64,000 nt of DNA from a bacterium (lineage in GTDB: Bacteria > UBA8248). Position numbers and translations under genes: made by a program. Below the pieces are notes generated by a model that did not search any database, was not told where the DNA came from, and worked only from the letters and a program-made list of their open reading frames with translations. The first letter of the stretch is position 1; every line of letters begins with the position of its first letter. The stretch covers positions 1 through 64,000 of the forward strand of contig OZ242260.1 in NCBI GenBank assembly GCA_965207065.1. The letters are read 5' to 3'. Positions 1-10,258 of the stretch are shown one piece after another.

Positions 1-1
1 G

Positions 2-157
2 CATGAACTCGACCTCATCGGCCTGCGCTTCCGGGCAGCAGGGAAGTATCCGTATCTTGTCTTCTACGTCGAGGGGGAAATCGAAATCGTCGTCTGGCGT
101 GTCCTGCATGGAGCGCAGTACATTGCAGGCTGGATGCAGGCGCCGCGAGAGGATTGA
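2..157 (+). CDS. ParE/RelE-family toxin, C-terminal part (runs off window start)
   Basis: Frame from base 2 reads HELDLIGLRFRAAGKYPYLVFYVEGEIEIVVWRVLHGAQYIAGWMQAPRED*. The YPYLVFY...WRVLHG motif is typical of ParE toxins. Not in the ORF track. Confidence 0.75.
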   Translation, partial: HELDLIGLRFRAAGKYPYLVFYVEGEIEIVVWRVLHGAQYIAGWMQAPRED

Positions 158-949
158 TTCAATGAAGATTTCAACGCGAGCACATCCATCCAAATGCCAG
201 ACGCGCTCTCATCCGGTGTTGTATTCATCATTGTCTTGTCCACCATAACAATTCCTGTTCTTAACTCGAATAAGTATTCAGCTTCCGGTGTTTCGGGTGA
301 CATTGGCTCTGACTGCCGAATCGCGGGCAAGCAAGGCGACTGCAAGTCACTCCAGTTAAGCGACGAATTTCCGAGTGCTCTATAGGTCTTGGTGCATCCG
401 GGTCATGCTCGTTGACGCTGTTCCCGTCGGGAAGCCAGGCGCGCTCGTGGAGCCCCTCTCGATGGCGGCATAGAGGGCTTCCGTGCTGGAAGCGGCGATT
501 TGCGGTATTCTTTGCCCGGATTGCAGTAATCGTTGCGCAACCGTCGCCATCCAGGCGCCACCGTTACGTCTCACGGCGTGAGAGTATGCCTGGCCGGCGT
601 TACCGGGCGCGGCGCCGGCCTGTGTGATGGAGCGATAAAGACTTGCGTTTTTATCGCGTAATAACCAGAATATGCTTTCATCATTGAACCAATGTCCTCG
701 CTATTTTACGATTGTTGATCGAAGGATGAGGAGAAACAGATGTCCTTTCGAGACGGAATGGATCTGGAATGGGAGCACCTGTACTCCTTCCGGTGTCCGG
801 CACGGACCAGACTATGAGAATAAAGCGCACACGGGAAATGATCGTTTCAGCGATCCGGAAACCCATACGGCGGATACTGTCGCCTGCCTTGATGAGGCGA
901 TTTTCGAGATTATGCAAAACCGCCGGCGTCCGGCTTGGCTGCCTTCCTT

Positions 950-1066
950 GATGCGCTCGAATCCGCGGGTGAGCGCACCATCGTCTTTCGCGACAACGCC
1001 GCCGCCGATTCGAACCTCACGGAGATTCTCCAGCAGCATGACAACGTTAGCGAGCGAAGCCTGTGA
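950..1066 (+). pseudogene. Relic 3' end of a type III R-M DNA methyltransferase (Mod)
   Basis: Reads ESAGERTIVFRDNAAADSNLTEILQQHDNVSERSL*, resembling the Mod C-terminus (AGETTVVFRDSAFADDVAKTNLTAILQQHGLENVRSL) with a small deletion. Confidence 0.45.
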
Positions 1067-1092
1067 AGCAGACGAGTTGAGGAACAAAGCGA

Positions 1093-1347
1093 ATGAACCG
1101 ACACGAGCGACTGTTGCAGACGATCCTCGGTGGAATGTCGGAAGCGAACATCCGATTCTCCGATCTGCGAACCCTGATGGGTCATCTGGGATTCGAGGAG
1201 CGTATACGAGGAAGCCATCATCTCTTCGACAAGGAAGGCATTCTGGAAATCGTCAACCTGCAGAGCCGTGGCGGACACGCGAAACCTTATCAGGTGAGAC
1301 AGGTCCGGCAGTTGATCCTGAAATACAAGCTGGGAGGAGACGACTAA
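1093..1347 (+). CDS. hicA: HicA-family toxin
   Basis: 84 aa with GF..RIRGSHH and AKPYQVRQV motifs. Confidence 0.85.
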   Translation: MNRHERLLQTILGGMSEANIRFSDLRTLMGHLGFEERIRGSHHLFDKEGILEIVNLQSRGGHAKPYQVRQVRQLILKYKLGGDD

Positions 1348-1559
1348 TGCACAAGTACGAGATCATCATCTATTGGAGCAACGAAGATCAGGCGTTCATC
1401 GCCGAGGCGCCCGAATTGCCCGGATGCACGGCTCACGGCGACGATCAGGAAACCGCGTTGCGGAATATGAAGGACGCCATGCAGTTCTGGATCGAGCGGG
1501 CGAAGGAACTGGGACGGGCCGTTCCGCAGCCCAAGGGCGAGCGCCTGATGCTCGCGTGA
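1347..1559 (+). CDS. hicB: HicB-family antitoxin
   Basis: 70 aa, MHKYEIIIYWSNEDQAFIAEAPELPGCTAHGD. TAATG stop/start overlap with hicA. Confidence 0.88.
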   Translation: MHKYEIIIYWSNEDQAFIAEAPELPGCTAHGDDQETALRNMKDAMQFWIERAKELGRAVPQPKGERLMLA

Positions 1560-1719
1560 TTACAAGGCGCAAGGCTGCTCTACCGTCGAGATATCGTGAC
1601 TGTGGACGAGAGGCATTGCGGGAGCGTCGGTGCACGGCAGTAATTCTGGTCGTGCCTGCCGGCCATCTCCATCTGTGGACTGTTGACAAAATTTGCAACC
1701 CAGCAGGCATGACATGACC

Positions 1720-1788
1720 ATGAGCACGATGAACATATCACAGCCAGAGACGCTGAAGTCCTTCGTTGACGACCAAGTCGGCGCACAC
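1720..1788 (+). pseudogene. ParD-like RHH antitoxin N-terminus, truncated by IS1380 relic
   Basis: MSTMNISQPETLKSFVDDQV matches the start of ParD (CC2985-type) antitoxins, then breaks into transposase sequence. Confidence 0.6.
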
Positions 1789-2197
1789 CGATTGCCCACC
1801 AGCAACGCCAACAAACTGTCGCGGCGCATTCCTCGTGGTCGTTCAGGTCCTCGTAGCCCAGCGCCAGTGCATACACCCGCTGTGCCACCAGCGAGCGTAC
1901 CGGGTGCTCCACGCTGCCGGGTTTGCAGTAATCACGAAAACACCGCGCCAGACGAGCCATCAGACCCAGGCGAAGCTCCGTCTCTCGAAGCAGCACCCCG
2001 CCGGCGTCCGAAGTGATTCGTCCGCCGTCGAATCGAGCGACGACATCGCGTCTTCCGTGGGTGTGAAAGTGAAGTTGTCCTGGTGTACAATGTGTATACA
2101 TGGGGCCTCTCTGTCGGACGGGTGTAAGTGATTGAGACAACTCACATTATCCGACATTCAGAGGTCCCATGCCATTTGGCGGTGAAATATACGGGCT
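1789..2197 (-). mobile_element. IS1380-family transposase 5' fragment
   Basis: VVARFDGGRITSDAGGVLL...QRVYALALGYEDLNDH; truncated. Confidence 0.85.
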
Positions 2198-2199
2198 AG

Positions 2200-3060
2200 C
2201 AGCCTGTCGGACTTAGGCCCTGTCTTCTATAATCGCTCCATATATCTATGGAGGGGCTTGCGGTGGCGAAGTTTGTGGAAAGAGAGCAGCCGCAGTTGTA
2301 TCTGCTGCCTGTGGACATGCGGGATTGGCTGCCTGAGGACGCTCTGGCGCACTTCGTAGTGGAGGCGGTGGAACGGGTGCCTCTGGGGTCATTCCGTGTG
2401 AACGAGCGCGGCACGGGTTCGGCGCAGTACCACCCGCGTATGATGCTTGCGCTGCTGATTTACTGCTATGCGAACGGGATATTCGGTTCGCGGCATATCG
2501 AGCGCTACGTACCGTGATATCGGGGTTCGGTACGTGGCGTCGAACACTCACCCGGACCACGACACGATCTGCGCGTTCCGCCGGAAGAACTTCGAGGCGG
2601 TAGCGGAGACGTTCGAGCAGGTTCTGTTGCTGGCGAAGGAATTGAAGCTGTTGCGAGTCGGGATGGTGAGTGTGGACGGGACGAAGGTGGACGCGAACGC
2701 GAACAAGCGCAACAGCATCCGGTATGATCGTGCGCAGGCGCTGCCGGAGGAGTTGGCGCGTCGCGAGCAGTTGAAGTCGAAGCTGGACGAGGCGTGCGCG
2801 GAGTTGGAGCGCCGGGCAGGAACGGCAGCCGATGCGGGTCGGGCGGAACATGATCGCAAGGTGGCGTCTCGGGAGCGTCGCAGGGGGCGGAGGAAGGGTC
2901 CGCGCATCAAGCCTCCGCGGGAGGAGCCCGAAGAGGGGCAGCAGATTAACCTGACGGATGGGGACAGCGCCTTGATGCGCAAGAGCAAGCGGCACGAGTA
3001 CCGTCAGGCGTACAACGCGCAGGCGGTGGTGGATGCCGAGGGCAGCCAGTTGGTTTTGGG
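2200..3060 (+). mobile_element. IS1182-family element, frameshifted and truncated transposase
   Basis: Left end CAGCCTGTCGGACTTAG next to CTAG. LLPVDMRDWLPED...YHPRMMLALLIYCYANGIFGSR, frameshift ~2505, then PDHDTICAFRR, VDGTKVDANA, QAYNAQAVVD. Stops abruptly. Confidence 0.85.
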
Positions 3061-3400
3061 AATATCTGGACAGCTAAACCCAGAACCTCCGCCCGTTTGT
3101 CTGGACGAAGAGTGTCGCAGAGATCATCGAAAAGGTCGGTTGGGTACGGGCCGCATTGCCCAATTGAATATAACTAACATGTTATTAAGGATGCAACACT
3201 AGGCGGTCATAGCCCGCCGTGGTCTTGTGTTTGCGATAACCTGGCAGGCTGACAACCAGCGGCTGGTTCTCACCCCATATGACTGGCTTACGAATAAATC
3301 CCCACAGTGAACAGAGTTTGAAATGCGGATATAGCGGTAAAGTACATCCGACTAAATTACTTAACGCCCGATGTAGTCATTCCAAGTGTTTTGAACTGGC

Positions 3401-3637
3401 CTAAAGCACGTCAAAAACGCGTCCGAGTATGAGCAACTGGAAGGCGACCATGAAGCCGAGAACCCACTTCATGAAGTCGATTTTGACCTCGAGTTTTTCA
3501 ATATCCGACCTGGTTGCCAACTCTCCGTGTCCTGCCTCGCTGGCGGCCTTCATGCCCGAGGCGATGGCCTCGGCCTGACGCTCCTCAATGCCCGCTTCCT
3601 TGAGTGCACGAGCTGTGGCGAGAGTGTCGAAAGTCAT
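3401..3637 (-). CDS. Small DUF1640/CCDC90-like coiled-coil protein with C-terminal TM helix
   Basis: FDTLATARALKEAGIEERQAEAI...LATRSDI...KWVLGFMVAFQLLILG. Confidence 0.7.
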   Translation of the reverse strand: MTFDTLATARALKEAGIEERQAEAIASGMKAASEAGHGELATRSDIEKLEVKIDFMKWVLGFMVAFQLLILGRVFDVL

Positions 3638-3908
3638 AATACTGTAAGATAAGCGGGATAGTTTGACCTGTCAACAAGGTGCTGGATATCAGAAGTGCTC
3701 AATATATGGATTCATGTGGCGCAAAGGGACTTTCGGGCACATTCTTGCTTATGTTTCAAATGACATACCAGCCAAATGGTTGATTATATTGGAAACACTA
3801 TACTATGAGCGGAACATGAAATTTCTGGGAATTATATAACTAAATCCGAAACCGCTAATGCTCCCTTAACTGGTGCGTTCTCAGAGGATTCGACGAAGTT
3901 GACGGCAG

Positions 3909-4859
3909 ATGGATTTTACGAATGACGGGAAATATTTTGACATGGTTCATTGGATAAAACGGCGTCGCTACGAATTGTGTATCATCCTGATTCCAACGCT
4001 GATTTTTGTTTTGGGCCAAACATTTCTGATATTTTTATCTGATGCTGGCGGGCCAGGTTTATCGATATCTTCGATTGTCTTTCATGCATCGTCAGCACAA
4101 AAGATACCAACAGAATTGCCGCATACAACCAAATATATTGTGGGAGCGACGTTTGGTTTGGCATTTTTAACTTCAATGTTTCTGTTGGTGTATTTCATGA
4201 CAAATTTGATACGGAAAACCCAAACATGGATTATCTCCTATATTTCGTTTAGTTTGTTTCTGGTAGTCGCGTGGCTCAGTAGCATATTCAAGAATTCTCC
4301 GTTGGACGAATTCCTGAAATTAGTCCCAAAAAATTTTGCGGGAATATTGAGTCAATGCGGTATTGATGTAATGATAGACACCATAAACTTTTTATTTGTT
4401 TTGACATCTGTTGGAGTGGTATTTTCTGCTGCTGCACTTATCCCCGAAACAGAGATCCCATTCGATTATCACGGTATACGCGAGACGATAAGACGTTTCG
4501 AAAAATTGCGCGTTTTGATCGTCCAAGGTTCTTGCCTATTTGGCAGCGGAATGCTCTTTATGCATTATTGGGTAAAGTATTGTATTGAGATAGGAGTAAC
4601 AGGAGATTCATCGATTTTTATCGCCATGGCACATGGAATAGAGATTTTTAACGCTATATCTTTTTTTACAGTCCTACTTTCAATAGCTGTTTTGACGCAT
4701 TGGTCTTTGCATCAAGGTTGCGTGCGCGCTATTGGAGTTAGGCGCAACGGAGGAGAAAAGGAAGAACTTCTTAAAGAGTTGCGGGCGAAAGCTTCTTACT
4801 ATTCTTACTATCGTGAGTTGGTGACTGTAGCCGGGCTGTTTGCCATCCCGTTCCTTTGA
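3909..4859 (+). CDS. Multi-pass integral membrane protein, unknown function (AT-rich)
   Basis: 316-aa ORF with about 6-7 hydrophobic segments. Much lower GC than flanks. Confidence 0.65.
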   Translation: MDFTNDGKYFDMVHWIKRRRYELCIILIPTLIFVLGQTFLIFLSDAGGPGLSISSIVFHASSAQKIPTELPHTTKYIVGATFGLAFLTSMFLLVYFMTNLIRKTQTWIISYISFSLFLVVAWLSSIFKNSPLDEFLKLVPKNFAGILSQCGIDVMIDTINFLFVLTSVGVVFSAAALIPETEIPFDYHGIRETIRRFEKLRVLIVQGSCLFGSGMLFMHYWVKYCIEIGVTGDSSIFIAMAHGIEIFNAISFFTVLLSIAVLTHWSLHQGCVRAIGVRRNGGEKEELLKELRAKASYYSYYRELVTVAGLFAIPFL

Positions 4860-5174
4860 AATCCTGAAAGCTGTTAATAAACCCTTTCAGAACAGGATTT
4901 CTATTCGTGTTTAAGGTATCGGCCGCGGGTGTCACGATAGGTTGAACCGTCATTCGAGGATGAAAATTTGGTGCATGGCGGTACTGAACTAAGCGGCCTT
5001 CTTGCATTGTCTTTCGTAGATAAAATCATTTTCCGGTTACCCAATGTGAATTATTCCCGACCAGTCATCCGGTCCTACACCAGGGGCTCGCCCCAGAGCT
5101 GTAGTCCGCTGTCGGAGATGCGAAACCCCGTGCTGACGATGAGTTCATCCTGTGCGGTCCGCGAGATGCGGCCC

Positions 5175-5720
5175 GCGATGGATTTCCCGCCGGCGACGAT
5201 GTGCGTGATTTTGCCCTTGATGCCGCCATTGGTTTCATTACCTCCTGCAGTAACTTCTCGCACCCCAGGAACAGTGGGTGTGCTGTCCGTGTAATCCGCA
5301 TCGAATGTAGCAAGATTATCGGCACCAGTTTGACTTACAACCAAAGGATACTCATTCGGTCCATCTCCCCGACCTAGGTCATTTTACACGCGGTCAAACA
5401 CGAGTTTGTTCTCCATCACGTGCTTGATGAGCTCGAGGCCGTTCGTCGCGAGGCGCTTGTCCTATTCCTGTTGTCTGCGAAGGTTCGCAACCGCATTTAC
5501 GTTGCTAAGCAGGGTCGCAGACGATTCTGCGGTTCTCAGGTCGCTGAGCGCCGCCAACGTTTCCGACACCGCGGTTTCCGCCTGCGCCCCGTGGCGGCCA
5601 CGTTCGCCGCTGCGTTCGCGCCCACAATATCCGTTAGCGCGTCGCGCGCGTCGTCGCCAAGATTGCCGGCGCTCGTCTTCTGCGTTTCCGTGGCGTCCGC
5701 GTGACCCTCCTCGGCCCTCG
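5175..5720 (-). pseudogene. Relic of surface lipoprotein 'B' (paralog of 40063-41796 and 58094-59782)
   Basis: ANLRRQQEQDKRLATNGLELIKHVMENKLVFD and GKITHIVAGGKSIAG align with ANRRMEREVDERAATNGSSLIQHVRANKL and GAVTNIVAGGQSMAG. Internal deletions. Confidence 0.75.
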
Positions 5721-5801
5721 CATCCGAGCGCGCCGCCTGCTCCCGCGTCCGGGCGTCATACAGACGCCCGGGGAACCGAAGGTATCGTGCGATATTACTG
5801 C

Positions 5802-6140
5802 TTAATGCTTGTGCGCACCGAAGACGACGAGGAGGCTCACAGGAGTATGGCCGCCGCCCGTAGCGCTGAAAGTACTTGCCGCGGATGTGGGGTATTCGCT
5901 TTGAATCGCGCTACCTGTCGCCTTGTTGGGGCCGTAGAACTGGCCGCCCCAGTTGCCTTTCAGCACGACGCCTCCCAGCGTGACCTCCGTGGTGCCGGTG
6001 AAGCCGTCGTCGTTGGCGCCGTTGGCCGTGTCCGTGACGATTTTCGGATTCTTCAGCGTCAGCATGCCGTCGACGTCCATTACGCCGGCCTTGATTTTGG
6101 AGACGGTTCCGATAACAACGCCCAGGACTCCACGGAGCGC
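5802..6140 (-). pseudogene. Relic 3' part of surface lipoprotein 'A' (paralog of 41931-43748 and 59917-61677)
   Basis: LGVVIGTVSKIKAGVMDVDGMLTLKNPKI...GNWGGQFYGPNKATGSAIQSEYPTSAASTF matches the C-terminal barrel of the intact A genes. 5' part missing. Confidence 0.8.
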
Positions 6141-6186
6141 GTTGACGGGCAGGTAGCGTTTCGAAAGGAACTGACGTGGGGGTAAG

Positions 6187-6540
6187 TTGAATGACCCCAG
6201 GAATTCCGTCTCACCACTCGTTTCTCCGGAGGTAGCTCCGTTTCTAGTCGATGACGAAATCGCAGCGTTACCCGCCAAGTTGCGCGCCCGGATGGTGCGG
6301 TTATTGGAGATGATTGAAAATGTCGGTCTCGAGGCGCTTCGTGAACCGCACGTCAAGCATATCGAGAGCAAGCTTTGGGAATTGCGCGTCAGGGCGCATG
6401 GAGGGATCGCCCGTGGGATCTATGTGACGGCGGCGCGGCGTCGGGTTGTCGTTCTGCATGTGTTTGCGAAGAAAACGCGGAGGACGCCAGGACGAGCGTT
6501 GGCGCTGGCCAGAGAGCGTATGAAACAGGTGACGCCATGA
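6187..6540 (+). pseudogene. HigB/Gp49-like (DUF891) RelE-superfamily toxin, native start deleted
   Basis: VDDEIAALP...LREPHVKHIESKLWELRV...VLHVFAKK. Comparison with the 44.3-kb copy shows ~130 bp missing, including the WTVETV N-terminus. Confidence 0.7.
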
Positions 6541-6821
6541 CGAAGCTCGAGGATTTGAAGAAGCATTTTATGGAAGACCCGGAATTCCGGGAAGAGTACG
6601 AGCGAGTCGATGAGGAATTCAGGTTGCTGGAGGCGCTGGTTCGCGCCCGCACGGAAACGAAGCTGACGCAGGCGGAACTCGCCCGGCGTCTCGGCACCAC
6701 CCAGTCGGCCATTGCTCGTCTGGAGAGCGGCGGCGTCTCGCCATCGATCAGAACCCTGCGCCGATATGCCGAGGCGACCGGCACGCGCTTGAGCGTCGAC
6801 TTGTCGCAGGCGAGCGGTTGA
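6537..6821 (+). CDS. HigA-like XRE/HTH antitoxin
   Basis: 94 aa, LTQAELARRLGTTQSAIARLESG. ATGA overlap with toxin. Confidence 0.88.
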   Translation: MTKLEDLKKHFMEDPEFREEYERVDEEFRLLEALVRARTETKLTQAELARRLGTTQSAIARLESGGVSPSIRTLRRYAEATGTRLSVDLSQASG

Positions 6822-6919
6822 ACGGAATTCCGGAACGGTTCGGGTGATTTTCGATATCGACATCTCGTACGGGCGGCAACCTCCGCGGGAGCGTTCTTTG
6901 GAGATGCGCACGCTCGGGA

Positions 6920-7115
6920 GAAACTGTCTGAGCGAGAAGACGGGACTACACCTCGTTCATCAACTCGCCTTGAGCGCGCAAAAGCGATGGCGACTACTAC
7001 GTGGCTTCCGTCATTTGGCAGAAGTGATCGCCGACGTAAGGTTCATCAATGGTGCGGACGAAAAAGAAACAGGCAGGAGGGCCGCTTGATTCAAGACAGC
7101 CATACATCGGATTTG
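6920..7115 (+). mobile_element. IS256-family transposase 3' relic
   Basis: NCLSEKTGLHLVHQLALSAQKRWRLLRGFRHLAEVIADVRFING...AA*, followed by the end-like sequence CCATACATCGGATTTG. Confidence 0.75.
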
Positions 7116-7147
7116 CGCCCCTGGAAATTTGAGTTCTCTAATTCCCA

Positions 7148-7342
7148 TCAAACTTTCTCCTTAGTGCCAGCTTGCTTGAGAATTACATTAGCGGTATGTC
7201 TGGATTTTATTTTTGAATCTAGCGTGAAGTTTTGTGAGTTAATGGGGCTTCGCCATCTTTCATGGTCGCCTTTTCCCTGGCGAACATAATGACATCCTTC
7301 CCGAATGAGTATTCTTTCCACTTTTTTTCTGTAGTCGGTCAC
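7148..7342 (-). CDS. HicA-family toxin
   Basis: GCHYVRQGKGDHERWRSPI...KSRHTANVILKQAG. Confidence 0.82.
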   Translation of the reverse strand: MTDYRKKVERILIREGCHYVRQGKGDHERWRSPINSQNFTLDSKIKSRHTANVILKQAGTKEKV

Positions 7343-7572
7343 GCGGTGGCACATTCAATAGGTGTTTCAAATTCTTGAAAAACTATTTTGACCTCTTTGA
7401 TTTCCTCTTTGATTAAATGCGCATTCCACTCAAGCAATTCTGGAATAATTACCTGTAGTTTATTAACAAGCTCTTCTGGCGTATCGGCTTCTGTAACAAG
7501 ACCAGGAATATCTTCACTGGTTGCAACAAAAACCTTTGCTTCACTATCCCAAATGACAATAACTTTTTTCAT
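7339..7572 (-). CDS. DUF1902 (HicB-like) antitoxin
   Basis: WDSEAKVFVATSEDIPGLVTEADTPEEL. Overlaps the downstream HicA. Confidence 0.82.
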   Translation of the reverse strand: MKKVIVIWDSEAKVFVATSEDIPGLVTEADTPEELVNKLQVIIPELLEWNAHLIKEEIKEVKIVFQEFETPIECATA

Positions 7573-7966
7573 GTCGAATTTCTCCTTGTTCTATTTTCCA
7601 ATTATACCCTTGAGAATCAGAATGATCGAGGAAGTAGGCTTTGGTAGGATTTTTTTTGGTTGTGGATGCGTATGCTACACTTTCATGCGAACTTAAATGC
7701 AGCATTTTCGCAAATGTTTCAGCGGGAGGGGCGTGTGTCAAGATTATAGAGGCAAATATAGTTGGTGCTATCAACCCTCGTTCAAATGCATGCCATCGAT
7801 CTTGGGGAAGAGATTTGAGGTAAGCGTATAGAGCTCCAAAAAACGAACAAATTATGACCCTGACAAGTATACCTAGAACGAGTAATGGTTTCATCTCATA
7901 GCTTGCCCATGGAAATGTGCCGAAGGCTATAAATGCCCCGCCTATGGCGCCAATTCGCATTGCCAC
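7544..7966 (-). CDS. Small membrane protein, unknown function
   Basis: 140 aa with 3 hydrophobic segments; AT-rich; start uncertain. Confidence 0.45.
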   Translation of the reverse strand: MAMRIGAIGGAFIAFGTFPWASYEMKPLLVLGILVRVIICSFFGALYAYLKSLPQDRWHAFERGLIAPTIFASIILTHAPPAETFAKMLHLSSHESVAYASTTKKNPTKAYFLDHSDSQGYNWKIEQGEIRHEKSYCHLG

Positions 7967-8468
7967 GTTTAATAGTTTCTGTTTGGCTCATGGCTCTTTC
8001 CTCTTATCTATGAGATCAGGCTATGAGGTAGTGATATGTGTCAGCAAAACGAAGATTCGTATAACTAACTTAGGATTCTTTGAAGATGTGGTGCAATGGA
8101 AGGCAATGCTGTCACCCACACCTAAGATAGGAGTTGGGGATGGCCAAACATCGCGCTAACCAATTTCTTATTTACGATTATTGCTTATTTCAAAGACACA
8201 GCGCAATCCTCGAATTGCGGATCTACTTGCCCGATTTTATCATGGACGTTTGATTTTCACATAAGAGAAAAATCTATCGAGTGGAATCCAACGGCGCAAA
8301 GAGTACTATTGAAATTGCCAGCAGTAACTACCACTAAGTCAAGCTACTGACGCACTTGCAATTAGACAAAGCGTGGAAGCAAAATCCTAGCTACTTGGAA
8401 AAAAAAGAACAAGTTAACTATTGGCTAGGCGCTAGGCGACTCGGATACTGACAGATAAGGAGTTTCGT

Positions 8469-9299
8469 ATGGAGCCAAAACCGAAATGTAAATCAACAGC
8501 CGCTACCCGTCCAGTATTCGATCAACACAGATGGAGGAGTGAGAAGAGTATTATTCTAAGGATTTTCGCACGACCAGACCACTGGGCTTCCGTATTCTTC
8601 TACCTATTTCACAATGTAGCGCTATTTCGAATATCGTGCGAGCTCATTGCGGTAGTGGCTCTTATAGCGACCGTATTTGGTGTGTTCTCCGAATACGAAG
8701 AGAGAAGTATGGACCGTGCCGTGCGTGGCGCAATGCTCTTGACCCAGATTGGCCAGTTGCGCTCCCTCCCATTAGGTAAACGCGACGCACCTATTCATGC
8801 AATTATTGAAGCTCTTTCACGTGATAAGTTTCCCTTGAACCGTATTGATCTTAGCGATATGATCTTGAAGGATTTGGATTTAGGTGGAGCGAGCCTGCGT
8901 AATGCGAACTTCAATGATGCGCAATTCATCAATGTAATATTTCGCGATGCAGATCTAAGAGGCGCAAAATTTAACAAGGCAAGAATCAGCAGCTCAGATT
9001 TTAGTGACACAAAGCTAAAGGGCGCGACCTTCGGTCATGCTATCAATATCAAGAGTGTGGATTTCACTAATTCCGACCTTACTTCTGTGGTATTTAGTGA
9101 CACCACGATTGATAGAAGTGTAGTTTTTTCGAACTCACAGCTAGATAATGCGTTTTTTATCCGAACGAATCTGAGTAACGCAGATCTGAGTACGGCTCTC
9201 GGACTAAAACCGAAACAACTTAAGAGCGCGTGTGCGAGAAAAAATGCACTCCCGAAACTTCCTGAGTCCGTGCATTGGACGGGCACATTTTGCCAATAG
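8469..9299 (+). CDS. Pentapeptide-repeat protein with N-terminal TM segment
   Basis: Repeated A(D/N)LxG-type units (ASLRNANFNDAQF, ADLRGAKFNKA, TNLSNADLS). Confidence 0.85.
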   Translation: MEPKPKCKSTAATRPVFDQHRWRSEKSIILRIFARPDHWASVFFYLFHNVALFRISCELIAVVALIATVFGVFSEYEERSMDRAVRGAMLLTQIGQLRSLPLGKRDAPIHAIIEALSRDKFPLNRIDLSDMILKDLDLGGASLRNANFNDAQFINVIFRDADLRGAKFNKARISSSDFSDTKLKGATFGHAINIKSVDFTNSDLTSVVFSDTTIDRSVVFSNSQLDNAFFIRTNLSNADLSTALGLKPKQLKSACARKNALPKLPESVHWTGTFCQ

Positions 9300-10258
9300 T
9301 TCGTCATCATGAACTGAAAATATGCGTGCCCAGCCACGCGGAGCACCTGGTTCGTTTATCGGATACTACGGGGCCATTCGCTGACAGGATTCATTCCTCT
9401 TCAACTCTTGCCGTGGCGACATTCTTGGCCCGTCGAGGTAGTGGAGGGGCAATGGCCATAGCGCTTCAAGAGCGTCCTCGACTCTTCTTGCAGGAAATTG
9501 ACAGTCACGCACGATGGTAAATGCACGGTATTCGTGCTTAGTCCCTTATGCGCGATTGAGTGCTTTTCCTGACAAGGGATTCCTGGATCAAAAAATCAGG
9601 ATCTGCAATGGCGGTTGACGGATTAGCAATCCGCAGCTTGATTTTCGGGTTGTCAGGGGTCGGAAGCAGCAAGCGATGATTCGAGCCATTTGGCGGCTCT
9701 GATGCTCACCCGCGGGCTCTGCCGGAAAGTCCCACGACCCTGCTTCCACGGCTTGGCGAGTAACTCTCCGTGCACCATCGCGCGGCAGTTTCCCGAATTC
9801 GCCCCGGAAGATGGCGTAATCGTTAAGGAGCCGGTATCGGCATTCTGTATCCGGGTATGCTCAACCGACATGCACATATGAGAGTGTCCTGTGTGTGGCG
9901 CGCCGCCCGGGTTCCGCTTTTCCGCGGCGAGGCGGTTTCACTTCGAAGCTCCGGCGCGCCATGGCGAGCACGGCCCGCATCTCGCACAGGGCCGGGACGG
10001 CTCATGATTCTACCGTCGCGCGTCCGTGACGCAAAACGGACCATCCCGGCGCGTCTTTGTTCGGAAACCCCTGCGTCAGGGGCTGTTGACCTCCCCCCCG
10101 ATCGAGAGTATTCACCGGAATGACGGCAGCGGCCGGTTTCGAGTATGCAGGGGTTTTCCCCGAGCCCGTCGTGAAGGACCTGAGTCCGTACGACGTCTGT
10201 GGCGATTTTTCTGGAAGTTGAGCGCCGGACGTGTTCTTGCGTGATGCGGCCAGACGCG

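Noticed and set aside
672-1559. 295-aa ORF in the track
   Set aside because: Only the last 70 codons (HicB) are real; the upstream part overlaps hicA in another frame.
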